From Eledone cirrhosa (taxonomy: Eukaryota), in assembly GCA_964016885.1 (NCBI GenBank), contig OZ024741.1, positions 105,462,001 through 105,526,000 on the forward strand: DNA of 64,000 nucleotides, read 5' to 3'. Below, piece after piece: positions 28,000 through 40,012 of the stretch. How positions within the stretch are numbered: position 1 is the first letter of the stretch; the number at the start of each line of letters is the position of its first letter. The position numbers were made by a program, and so were the translations under genes. Under the pieces are notes generated by a model. That model was given only the letters and a program-made list of their open reading frames with translations. It was not told the DNA's origin and ran no database searches.

Positions 28000-30900
28000 T
28001 TAAATGTGATTGCAAATGACTTTTTTCTCTGGATTAATGTTCGATTTAGGGTTAGTGTAAGTTTTACTGTTAATGATAAGTTTATTGTTAGTGACTGTGC
28101 TACTGTTAGCATTACTCTCACTGTTAGTGTTACTGTAATTGTTACTCTTACAGTTACTGTTTGCGTTACTGTCTGCATCAGCGTTAGCATTTACATAAGC
28201 GTCTATGTAAGCTTTTGTGTTAGTGTCTATGTAGTTTGGATTAGCCTTAGTGTTTGCGTAAGTGTCAGCATCTATGTCAGCATTTGCGTCAGCGTCTGCA
28301 CTGGTGATAGTGATAGCATTTCCCTTAGCGTCCGAGTCAACATTAGTGTTAGCATTAGTGTTTGTTTCAGTGCCTACGTCTATGTCAGCTTCTGAGTCAG
28401 CATTATCATTAGCGTCCGCGTCAGCACTTGTGTCAGTGTCAGCATTTCCCTCAGTGTCAGCGTTTGCATCAGCGTGCACGTCAGCATTTACATTAGTGTT
28501 TGAGTCAGTGTTTGCATTTGTGTAGGGGTTGGCATTTGCGTCAGCATCAGCATTCGCATTAACATTTCCTTTAACGTCTTTGTCAGCATTTCCATTAGTG
28601 TCTGTGTCAGTGTTTCCATTAGCTTCTACATCAGTGTTTACGTTAGCGTCTGTGTCAGTGTTTACGTTAGCGTCTGTGTCAGTATTTACATCTACATCAG
28701 CGTCAGCGTTTCAGTTAACGTCAGTGTTTACGTTAGCGCCTGTGTCAGCGTTTACGTTAGCGTCTGTGTCAGCGTTTACGTTAGCTTCTACGTCAGCGTT
28801 TCCGTAACGTCTACGTCAGCGTTTCCGTTAGCATTGGCATTTCCATTAACCTTTCCTGTGGCGTCCGCATCATTGCAGCGTCTGCATATCCCATGTAAGC
28901 GTTAACTTCAGCATTTGCGTCAGCGTTAGCGTTAGCCCTAGCGTCCGCATCAGCATTTGCGTTAGCGTCAGCATACACGTCAGCGCCGGCAAAATTGCCC
29001 CAACATTTGCGTCAGCGTTAGCTTTGGCTTTGGCAATCCGCATCAACAATTGCGTTTTGGAGATCAGCTTCGGCGGTAAGGGTAAACGCTAACTTCTACG
29101 CCTGCTTCTACGTAACAACTACGTAGCGTTTTGTTAGCTTCTACGTCAGCGTTTACGTTAGCTTCTACGTCAGCATCTACGTTAGCTTCTACATCAGCAT
29201 CTACGTCATCGTTTACGTTAGCTTCTACATCAGCATCTACGTCATCGTTTACGTTAGCTTCTACGTCAGCATCTACGTTAACATCTACATCATCGTTTAC
29301 GTTAACATCTACGTCATCGTTTACGTTAGCTTCTATGTTAGCATCTACATTAGCGCTTACATTAGTGTGTCAGCGTTTGTGTTAGCTTCTACATCAGCGT
29401 CAGCGTTTACATTTGTGTCTGTGTCAGCGTTTACGTTAGCGTCTGTGTCAACGTGTGTTAGCATCTGTGTCAGCGTTTATGTTAGTGTCTGCGTCAGTGT
29501 TTATATTAGCATCTGCGTCAGTCTTTACGTTAGCATCTGTGTTAACGTGTGTTAGCGTCTGTGTCAGCGTCTGCATCAGCATTTTCATTAGTGTTTGCAT
29601 CAGTGTCTCCTTTAGCTTCTACATCAATGTTTACGTCTGCGTTAAAGTTCACATTAGCATCGCTGTCATCGTTTGCGTTTGCTTTAACATCTGCATCAAC
29701 ATTTGCTTTAGTGTCTGCATTTGCTTTAGTGTTTGCATCAGCGTGAGCATTTGTGTCAGTGTCCACGTCAGCGTTAGAGTCTGTGTAGCATTTACATCAG
29801 CGTGTGCGTCAGAGTCTTTGTCAGCATTTGCTTTGCACCTGCATCAGTATTCACGTTAGTGTTTGTGTCAACATTTGCACTAGCGTTTGTGCCAGCAGAG
29901 CCATCTTTGTCAGTGTCAGCGTTGGTGTTAGTGTTTCCATTAGTGTTCGTGTTTGATTTTGTATTAGTGTTAGCATTTTTGTTAGTGTTAGTTTTAGTGG
30001 TAGTGTTAGTGTTCAGGTTAATGTTCAGGTTAATGTTCGTGTTAATGTCAGTTTTAGTGTTAGTGTTCAGGTTAGTGTTAGTGTTCAGGTTAGTGTTAGT
30101 GTTTACGGTAGTGTTAGTTTTAGTGTTAGTGTTATTTTTTCCATTGGTGTTAGTGTTTTATTTTGTGTTAATGTTGTGTTAGTGTTTCCATTAGTGTTAG
30201 TCTTTGTTTTTCTGTTAATGTTAGTGTTTGTTTTAGTGTTGAGGTTAATGTTAGCTTAGTTTTCTGGTTAGTATCAGTTTTCGTGTTAGTTTTAGTGTTA
30301 GTGTTCAGGTTAATGTTAGTGTTTTTTTAGTGTTAGTTTTTATGGTAGTGTTAGTGTTACTGTTAGTGCTCAGATCAGTGTTGGTGTTTGTGTTACTGTT
30401 TATGGTAGTGTTAGTTTTAGTGCTAGTGTTTAGGTTAATGTTAGTTTTAGTGTAAGTGTTCAGGTTAGTGTTTAAGTTATGTTAGTGTTAATGTTAGTTT
30501 TAGTGTTAAGGTTAGTGTTAGAGATTGTGTTAGTGTTTGTGTTAATATTTGTGTTAGTATCTCTGTTAGCATTAGTGATTGATGTTTCCATTAGTGTTAA
30601 TGATTGTGTTAGTGTTAGTCTTTGTTTTTGTGTTAATATTAGCATTAGTATTTCTGTTAGTGTTAGCATGAGTGTTTGTGTTAGTGTTCAGGTTAATGTT
30701 AGCTTAGTTTTCAGGTTAGTGTTAGTGTTCAAGTTAATGTTAGTTTTAGTGTTAGAGATTGTGTTAGTGTTTGTTTTTATGTTAGTGTTCAGGTTAGTGT
30801 TAGTGTTCAAGTTAGTGTTAAAGTTAGTGTTAGTGTTAAGGTTAGTGTTAGAGATTGTGTTTGTGTTAGTATTTGTTTTTGTGTTAGTATCTCTGTTAGC

Positions 30901-31600
30901 ATTAGTGTTTGATGTTTCCATTAGTGATTGTGTTAGCGTTAGTCTTTGTTTTAGTGTTAAGGTTAGCGTTAATGTTAGCATTAGTGTTTCTGTTAGTGTT
31001 AGCATTAGTGTTTATGTTAGTGTTAGCATTAGTGTTTATGTTAGTGTTAGCATTAGTGTTTATGTTAGTGTTAGCATTAGTGTTTATGTTAGTGTTAGCA
31101 TTAGTGTTTATGTTAGTGTTCAGGTTAATGTTAGCTTAGTTTTCAGGTTAGAGTTAGTATTCAAGTTAATGTTAGTTTTAGTGTTAGTGTTGAGGTTAGT
31201 TTTAGTGTTAAAGTTTGTTTTTGTGTTAATATTTGTGTTAGTATCTCTGTTAGCGTTAGTGTTTGTTTTAGTGTTGAAGTTAATGTTAGCTTAGTTTTCT
31301 GGTTAGTATCAGTTTTCAGATTAGTGTTTGTGTTAGTGTTACTTTTAGTGTTAGTACTCAGGTCAGTGTTAGTGTTTATGGTAGTGTTAGTTTTAGTGCT
31401 AGTGTTCAGGCTAATGTTTGTGCTAATGTTAGTTTTAGTGTAAGTGTTCAGGTTAGTGTTAGTATTAGTGTTTACGGTAGTGTTAGTTTTAGTGCTGGTG
31501 TTCAGGTTAGTGTCAGTTTTAGTGTTAGTGTTCAGGTTTGTGTTTGTGTTAGTTTTCATGTTAGCACACTAGTTCACTGTTAGAGCATGTGTGAGTGCAA
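28000..31600. repeat. Hexamer-phased low-complexity tract grading from GCGTCA/GCATTT-like to GTGTTA-like
   Basis: 6-bp periodicity with local 18/24-bp units and block duplications; strong G/T strand skew. Confidence 0.9.
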
Positions 31601-31965
31601 GTGTAAGTTATTTTTAAAGTTCGGTTTTAGCTTAAAGTTAGGTTTTCTACTTTCCAGGAAAAAAGTTGATCCTCTCTAACTTGAGTGGTGTAATATAGTG
31701 TGGTAAAGTATAGTGTTTCATAGTCTTGTGTGGTGTTGTCTATTGTTGTATAGTGTAGTATGGTATATTGTTTCATAGCATGGTCTGATGTGAGGTCGTA
31801 CAGTGTTTCGTAGTGTGGTGTTGGATAATGTGGTATGGTATAATGTTTGTCAGTGTGATGTGGCATGGTATGGTATAGGTTGATGTAGTGTGGCTTAGTT
31901 TGATTATAATAATACAAATAATAATAACAATAATAATAGTAATAATAATTGTTCTTCTTGTTCAT

Positions 31966-32232
31966 TGCCTTTGACTGCTTCTGTGCCTTTGACTGCTTCT
32001 GTGCCTTTGACTGCTTCTGTGCCTTTGACTGCTTCTGTGCCTTTGACTGCTTCTGTGCCTTTGACTGCTTCTGTGCCTTTGACTGCTTCTGTGCCTTTGA
32101 CTGCTTCTGTGCCTTTGACTTCTTCTGTGCCTTTGACTTCTTCTGTGCCTTTGACTTCTTCTGTGCCTTTGACTTCTGTGCCTTTGACTTCTGTGCCTTT
32201 GACTTCTGTGCCTTTGACTTCTTCTTTGCCTT
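31966..32232. repeat. 18-bp/15-bp minisatellite gcctttgact(gct/tct)tctgt
   Basis: About 15 units, all multiples of 3. The minus strand reads [12 protein letters not shown] or KAQKQS depending on frame. Confidence 0.95.
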
Positions 32233-33134
32233 TATCTTCTCCTCTGCCATCTAAATACCAAAAACAAAGAATGTAAAACATATATGTTGCCTATCTCTCA
32301 GACTTTACAAAGTGCTGAGGAGATAAAGTTAATTTAAAGAGCAGTGTGCTCATGCACTGTGATCCTATAATGTAGCTTATAAGCTATTTCATAACTAAAA
32401 TACAATGTCAAACATCAACAAAAGTATATACAAATATCTTTGAATGTTTAAGTTAAACCTAAATAGATCGTATCTGCAGGTCATTAGGTTAAGACTGAAC
32501 TAAGATCATATCTATAAATCATTAGGTTTAGACTGAACTGAGATCATACTTTCTTCTTCTTTTCGTCATCTTCGTTTCCCGTGTCTTCTTTGTCTTTGTT
32601 GTCATTTTCATTTTAGTCGTCTGCTTCGTCGTCTTTTTCTTCTTTTCCATCTAAATATTTAAAAAAAATTGTAAACAAATATATAGCTGATCTCTCAGAC
32701 TTTCACGAAATACAGAGGAGATACAGTTAATATAACGAGTGGGGAGCTCATATATATATATATATATATATATGGTATAGCATGGTGTTATGTGGTCTGG
32801 TGTGGTACAACATGGTGTGATGTGGTGTGGTATGATATGGTGAGGCGGGGGGGGGGCACACAACGTTAGATTAATGTTAACAATACACATGTAGCATCCA
32901 CATGTGATGAGAAGGGGGAAACAGTGTTTAACTAATTTTAACATTACATGTAGCATCCATCTACAGGTGATTAAGTTAAGACTGAGGTGTAATCATATGA
33001 AAAGGTCAATTTAAAACTACACTGAGATTCTGCTTAAAATGGTCAATGAAGTGTTTACTTACTCAGATCCTTTGAAATAACTTTCTTTCTCTTACTGTAA
33101 CTGGACATACCTATGGAATAGAAAACAGTCGAAT

Positions 33135-33533
33135 AGACAGTGGTGTGGTGTGGTGGAGTGTGATTTAGTGTAGTGGACAGTGGTGTGGTGGAGTGGAGTG
33201 TGGTTCAATGTAGGGTAAGGGATATGGTGTAGTGGAGTGTGGTGGGATGTAGTGTGGTAGCATGTGGTGTGATGGCATGTGATGTGATGTGGCAAGGCGT
33301 GGTGAAATGTGATGTGATGAAATATGGCGTGGCGTGGTAAAATGTGATGTGATGAAATGTGGCGTGGCGTGGTGAAATGAGGCGAGACGAGACAAGATGA
33401 GTGATGTGATGTGATATGGTGTGGTCTGATGTGGTGTGGTGTGGTGTGATGTGATGTGATGTGATGTAGTGAGATGGGGTGTGGTGTGATGTGATGGCGT
33501 ACGGAGTGATTTGATGTGGTGTCATGTGATGTG
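33135..33533. repeat. Degenerate pentamer (TGTGG/TGTGA)n
   Basis: Visible 5-bp periodicity. Confidence 0.9.
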
Positions 33534-34790
33534 AAAATTTTTCATCCTATTTTTCATGTGCTATCAACTAATCCAATCTCCAAGATGCTTGAAAATGACT
33601 TTCCCCCCCCCCCCCCAGGAAAACGGCGGGGTGAGGTGGTTCCCCCTTCACCCAGATAACCCCTGCTTACTCGGAATTTTCTCTTTGATTCTATTTTCAT
33701 GCGTTATGAGTGAATATGACTTCCAAACCAGTCAAAAACAACTAGCTTTGGAGAAAGAGGAGGAAGAGGGGAAGAGTTTTGCAGATCTACACCCCACTCA
33801 CATGTTGTGGGACTTAATCATTTTCGGTATATTTCCTATGCTATTTCCTATGCTATTTCCTATGCTATTTCCTATGCTATTTCCTATGCTATTTCCTATG
33901 CTATTTCTTATGCTATTAATTAATCTGACCTCCTAGATGCTTCCAATCAACTTATTTCCCCAGGTTGGGTTTAGGGTTGGGGTAATGTTTAGGGCTTAGT
34001 TTTAAGGTTGCGGTAAAGTTTAGGGTTTAGTTTTAGGTTTGGGGTAATGTTTAGGGTCTAGTTTTAGGGTTGGGGTAATGTTTAGGGTCTAGTTTTAGGG
34101 TTGGGGTAAAGTTTAGGGTTTAGTTTTAGGTTTGGGGTAAAGTTTAGGGTTTAGTTTTAGAGTTGGGGTAATGTTTATGGTTTAGTTTTAGGTTTGGGGT
34201 AAAGTTTAGGGTTTAGTTTTAGGTTTGGGATAAAGTTTAGGGTTTAGTTTTAGGTTTGGGGTAAAGTTTAGGGTTTAGTTTTAGGGTTGGGGTAATGTTT
34301 AGGGTTTAGTTTTATGGTTGGGGTATAATTTAGAGTTTAGTTTAAGTGTTGGGGTAATGTTTATATTTAGATTTAGCTTGGTTTGGTTTAGATTTAGAGT
34401 TTAGGGTTGGGGCTAGATTTAATTTTGTTTAATTTAGTTTTAGTTTCCAAATCCCAGAAAAAAAAATTGATTCAGAGCAACTTAAAGGACAGATTAGTTG
34501 ATAGCACTCAAAAGGAGACCGAAGACAAATCATTAGGGTATATATCTACAAAACGACAATGGTTTTTCCACCTGCTTTACCCCTCCTTTTTCATAGAACA
34601 ACTAATCATTTCCAACTGGTTTGGAGGTCATATTCGTTGATAACATACGAAAAATCTTAGAGAAAACTCTGGGGTTAAATGAGAGAAGTGCATCCACGAT
34701 AGTTTTCCATGAAGAGAGAGTCAATAACAAACATCTTGGAGTTCGGATTAGTTGATAACACATGAAAAAAAGATGAGGAAAAATTTTGGG
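33534..34790. mobile_element. Inverted-repeat-bounded, MITE-like unit containing 12-bp and 31-bp telomere-like arrays
   Basis: 33534-33595 is inverted at 34727-34787. (ttcctatgctat)n lies at 33833-33915 and the TTTAGGG-rich array at 33962-34410. Same-orientation pentamer repeats flank both sides. Confidence 0.6.
33962..34410 (+). repeat. 31-bp telomere-like minisatellite (gtttagggtttagttttagg(g/t)ttggggtaa(a/t)), about 13 copies
   Basis: Period 31 (e.g. 34111 to 34142); G-rich plus strand. Confidence 0.92.
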
Positions 34791-34794
34791 TTTT

Positions 34795-35213
34795 ATGTGG
34801 TGTGGAGTAGTGTGGTGTGTTTTTATGTGGGGTGATGTAGTGAGGTGTGTTTTTATGTGGTGTGTTGTGGTGTGTGTGGTGTGGAGTAGTGTGGTGTGTT
34901 TTTATGTGGTGTGATGAGGTGAGGTGTGGTGTGTTGTGTTGTAGTGAGGAGTGGTGTGTTGTGGTGAGGAGTGGTGTGATGTGTTGTGTTGTGGAGTAGT
35001 GTGATGTGTTCTTATGTGGTGTGATGTAGTGTGGTGTGATGTAGTGAGGAGTCGTGTGCTGTGGTGTGTTTTTATGTGGAGTGGAGTAGTGAGGAGTGGT
35101 GTGTTGTGTTGTTATGTGGTGTGGAGTAGTGTGGTGTAGTGTTGTATGTTTTTATGGGGTGTGGTGAAGTGTGGTGTGATGTGGTGCGATGTGGTGTGGT
35201 GCAGTGCAGTGAG
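34795..35213. repeat. Degenerate pentamer (TGTGG)n
   Basis: Visible 5-bp periodicity. Confidence 0.9.
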
Positions 35214-35404
35214 GTTCTTCATCTTTATCTTTCTCTTCTTCGTCTTTGTATTCATCTTCTTTGTTTTGTCTTCCATCTAAACAAAAAAAATATATATATA
35301 AAACATATGTAGCCAATCTCTCAGACTTTTACAAAGTTCCAGGGAGATAAATTTAATATAAGTGGTGTGTTTCTGAACAGAGATACTACAAAATAGCTTA
35401 AAAG

Positions 35405-35451
<47 letters not shown>

Positions 35452-35595
35452 TACACGGGTGTGTATGATTGTGTATAGAAGATTATATTAATAAAAGGAA
35501 TTCCAACTTTGTCTGATTTACTCGTTTTATTTACAATCCTTTAAAATTATAATGGTATTAGAATGAAATAGTATGGTAGAATATTAAGTGTGAAG

Positions 35596-35634
35596 TGAAC
35601 AAGTAATTTCATGCTTTCGCAATCTTCAGGTTCA
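35596..35634 (-). ncRNA. Minimal type I hammerhead ribozyme motif (inverted copy)
   Basis: Minus strand: TGAAC-CTGAAGA-T-TGC-GAAA-GCA-T-GAAA-TTAC-TT-GTTCA. Confidence 0.75.
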
Positions 35635-35994
35635 TATTCTGTGGTGACAGTCAAGTTTACAATTTTCAACTGTAATGAGATGGGTAAATTTAAATGAACA
35701 ATAATAATTCTTAGGGGTATAAAAACCCTAGAAAATGCTATTTACATCATTTCTAAAAATAGCAAAACAATTGATGCTTTGGATAGAGCCAAATAGAAGT
35801 CGTTAGACATGTTCAACCAACCATGACGCCTAAACCAATCAGCTTCAGTAATCCAGTGAAACTACACACCAATTGGTCAAAATACAGTTTGCAAAATTTA
35901 GCATTCTGTAGCTGCTTTTCACTGTATATAAGGCACAAAATTTACCCATGTCATTACAGTTGAAAATTGCAAACTTGACTGTCACCACAGAATA

Positions 35995-36033
35995 TGAACC
36001 TGAAGATTGCGAAAGCATGAAAGTACTTGTTCA
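35995..36033 (+). ncRNA. Minimal type I hammerhead ribozyme motif
   Basis: Stem I TGAAC/GTTCA; core CTGAAGA; stem II TGC-GAAA-GCA; GAAA; palindromic AGTACT helix III; predicted CUU cleavage after 36028. Confidence 0.85.
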
Positions 36034-36169
36034 ATTAACATTTAACACTTAATATTCTACCATACTATTCAGATTACATCTATAAAATTCAGATTACATC
36101 TATATATACACACATACATATATATATATATACATTCATAAATACACTTCTACGAAATGTAATGTAAAA

Positions 36170-39100
36170 ATACCATTTTCTTCTTGTCTCCCCACCCTTC
36201 GGTTCATTCATCCATATATCTGTATAATCGCCCAGAATCCAATCCTACTTTCTCAATGCTATTCTATAATTCTGTCTGGCTGTTCTAAATAATCTTGTGT
36301 ATTTTAAAATCCCATTATATCGTTTGTTACTGTCATATGCTTTATTTAAAACCTTCTCCTCGCTCGCTAAATACCCCATACCCCTCCCGCTCGACCCCAC
36401 TCTCCACCATTATTATTTGGACCAATCATAAGTCAGCGGCCTATGCTATCACTTCTGGTTGCTTTTCGATATGATGGATGGACTAAGGAATTCTGGAGAG
36501 TCTGAAGAATCTGGACACTCAGAGACAATGCTAAAGATAACGACAAATTCACCTCATGCTGCCGGACGAAACACAACACCCCCCCCTCCCCCCGCCCCAC
36601 CCACCAAACGCAATCCAAAATTTCAGAGTTGGAACCATGAATGTAGGCACCTTAAAAGGTCGCTCTAACAAGGTTGTAGAAATGCTTGAACGTAAGGAGG
36701 TTGATGTTTGCTGTATCCAAGAGACCAGGTGGAGGGGCGGGTCTGCTAGATTCATTGTGGGTAAAAAACGATGCTATAAGCTTTTCTGGGTGGGAAATGA
36801 CAATGGGCTGGGTGGGGTAGGAATCATGTGAGCAGAAAAATGGGTGGATAAGATAATAGACGTAAATAGAATGAACAACAGAATAATTAAAATAAGACTT
36901 GTTCTAAATAGAACTACTGTGACAATAATATCTGCGTACGCACCCCAATCCGGACTGCCTGGCGCTATAAAAGACAGATTCTATGAGACACTGATGCTCA
37001 CTACCTCCCAAATAACCAACAGTGACTATATAATTATTGCTGGCGACCTAAATGGTCACGTTGGACAACATTGTGACGGCTATGACGGAATCCATGGAGG
37101 CTATGGGTTTGGTACTAGAAATGAGGAAGGCTCCAGAATCCTGGAATTCTTTGACGCAAATAACCTAACTATCTGTAACACTAACTTCAAAAAGCGAGAC
37201 AATCACTTGATCACCTACAGATCAGGGAAACATACCAGCCAGGTAGATTATATCCTTACCAGAAGACGTGACAGAGTATCTGTTGTAAACACTAAATCCC
37301 TCCCCCATGAAGAATGCACCTCCCAACATACTCATAATTAGCGACCTCATAGTCAGGACGAGACGTTCTCGACAACAGAAGAGGACTATCCTCAGGAGAA
37401 AAATATGGAAGCTAAAGGACCCCACAGCCAGTAATAAATTTAAAAGCATATTACTTGCTTTCGACAGTAAGGAAGAGCAATTAGAGTCGTACAATATAGA
37501 GGAACAGTGGGAATTCCTGAAAGCAAACCTGCTGATGGCGACAGATGAAGTCTGCGGCTGGAGCAGGCCTATAGGCAGGAGGAGAGTAACGTGGTGGTGG
37601 AACAGTAAGGTGGAGGAGTCAATTAAGGCAAAAAAGCAGGCTTGGAAAGTATGGCGGGATGGGGGAGTAGAGAAGACTATCAAGTGGCCAGGAGGGAAGC
37701 TAGGAGACAAGTGTACTTCGCAAGAAGGGAAGCAGAGGAAAGAAAGTTCAAGCATGTTCTACAACGTGAGGACCAAAAACGTGAGGTGTTCAGGATTGCT
37801 ACGCAATGTGTCAAGGAAAACCGTGATATTGTCGGGGAGATGTGTGTCCTTAATGATGATGGTGTACTTGCCATCACTGACGCTGATAAGAAGGTAGCTT
37901 GGAAGTGTCACTACAAAAGGCTACTAAATGAGGAGAATAAATGGGAGAAAGACAGTCTCCCCCACATCGATCCAATAGAGGGACCAGCAGTGCTAGTTGA
38001 AGGTAGTATAATAAGTACGGCAATCAAAGATATAAAGACGGCTGGGCCTTCTGAAATAGTTGCTGAAATGCTGAAAGCATCTGGAACGGTGGGACACACT
38101 ATGGTCACCCGGATAGTAAACCAAGTCATACAGAATGGGGTTGTTCCGAAGGACTGGCGTAGCAGCATCATCATTAACTGCTACAAGGGTAAAGGAGCTG
38201 TCCTAGATATGGGTAACTATAGAGGAATTAAATTAATCGACCAGGTCATGAAGGTTACAGAAAAAGTAATAGCGCAACTAATCAGAGAGCGAATTGATCT
38301 AGATGAAATGCAGTTCTTGTTTGTGTCAGGTAAAAGTACAACAGACGCTCTTTTCATTGTACGACAACTACAGGAGAAGTACCTAGCTAAAAGTAAACCC
38401 CTATACTTAGCTTTTGTCGACTTGGAGAAAGCCTTTGACAGAGTCCTCCGTTCCATTATCTGGTGGGCTCTTAGAAAACTAGGTGTTGATGAATGGCTTG
38501 TGAGAACTATACAAGCCATGGATAAAGAAACAGTCAGCAAGGTTAGAATTAACAATGAATATAGTGAAGAGTTTAGCATAAAAGTTGGTGTTCATCAGTG
38601 CTCCGTTCTTAGCCCCCTACTATTTATTATTGCCCTTCAGGCTATAACAGTGGAGTTCAAGACCGGCTGCCCATGGAAACTCCAATACGCAGATGATCTA
38701 ACGCTCATAGCTGAATCAATGGCTGAACTAGAGAATAAATTCCAAACATGGAAGCATGGCCTAGAATCAAAGGCCTTAAATTAACCTGTCTAAGACTAAA
38801 GCTCTAGTTTGTAGGAAGGAAAATAGGGCACCGGTCCCATGCGGGAAATGGCCATGCTCAGTGTGTAGGAAAGGAGTAGGCAGAAACCCCATTTTATGTC
38901 CCAAATGCAAAGTATGGGTGCATAAAAGATGTAGTGGGATCACAGGTAAGCTAACTAAGAATATAGATTTTATATGTGGCCGGTGCTCTGGTGCAATAAG
39001 TAGCAGCAAATGCCCACAGAATACTAGCTCATTCCATTGCACAGATGGTTCTATAGAAATAGTGGACACCTTCCGTTACCTGGGTGACAAAATCAGCAGT

Positions 39101-40012
39101 GGTGGAGGGTGCTCTGAAAGTACAGTAGCTAGAGTCAGAACTGGATAGAAAAAGTTCAGAGAGCTTATACCACTATTAGCCGCTAAAGGGCTCTCTCTAA
39201 AAATGAAAGGCAGGCTGTATGATGCCTGCATACGAACAGCAATGTTACATGGCAATGAGACCTGGGCATTGTGTGCAGAGGATATACGTAGACTGGAGAG
39301 GAACGAAGCTTGCATGCTCCGCTGGATGTGTAATAGTAATATACGTGAACGGCAAAGCATAAACGAACTAAGGGAGAAATTAGGAATAAGAGGGATCAGA
39401 TGCTGTTTACTCGAGAGAAAACTACGTTGGTATGGTCACGTGATGCGCATGAAAGATGACAGCTGTATAAAAAAGTGCAGGGCAATAAAAATAGACGGTA
39501 GCCACGGAGTAGGCAGACCCAGAAAAACCTGGGACGACTTGATAAATTCCGACCTCACACACTTACACCTCTCCAAGACAATGTCACTGGACCGAGATCT
39601 TTGGCGCTACACAGTAATACAGAAGACCCGCCTTACCTAAGTACAAAGTGAAACCTACCACAGTCAGTAGGCACCTCTAACAAAAATACACCCCCGTCCC
39701 ACTACCCCCACCCCATTCAATGTAAAGTTATGTTGGTACCACAACATCCAGTCCGAAACAAATGAGGTCGTGTAGGTGTCACGACAAAAAAAACACACAG
39801 TCGACGCTGTAATGTGGCCGTGTAGGCAACACGGTAAAAACCCCCCAGTCCACACTGTAAACGTGGTTGGTGTTAGGAAGGGCATCCAGCCGTAGAAAAC
39901 CTGCCAGACAGTCCTATGCAAGCAAGACAGCCACTCTTGCCTCAAGTGGGAAAACTCCCGTCCAAACCCATGCAAGCGTGGAAGATGGACGTTAAACGAT
40001 GATGATGATGAT
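36170..40012 (+). mobile_element. Near full-length RTE LINE (APE endonuclease, RT, PHD finger), inactivated
   Basis: GTMNVGTL, CCIQETRW, SAYAPQ, AGDLNGHVG, SQVDYIL; FVDLEKAFD, GVHQ.SVLSP, QYADDL; C4HC3 cluster; LRWYGHV; (GAT)n tail. TGA at 36829 and frameshifts near 37325, 37640 and 38775. Confidence 0.95.

Larger units (their letters stand above)
35565..36070 (+). mobile_element. Penelope-like 3' fragment with an inverted pseudo-LTR
   Basis: About 125-bp inverted repeat (35567-35691 vs 35938-36069), each arm carrying a hammerhead motif. The spacer has a KTLENAIYI-like remnant, ccaatc and tatataag. Confidence 0.75.

Noticed and set aside
29802-31294. Hydrophobic LVLV ORFs on + as membrane proteins
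   Set aside because: By-product of (GTGTTA)n periodicity, with frame switching and no splice or domain support.
31627-32250. 207-aa KAQKQS-repeat ORF as a histone H1- or protamine-like gene
   Set aside because: The ATG sits immediately after a splice-acceptor-like AG and the ORF runs on into (TAT)n and pentamer repeats. The 18-bp repeat is open in several frames, so the ORF alone is not evidence.
33962-34410. True telomere or fusion site
   Set aside because: It is a 31-bp composite unit in one orientation, not pure (TTAGGG)n or a head-to-head array.
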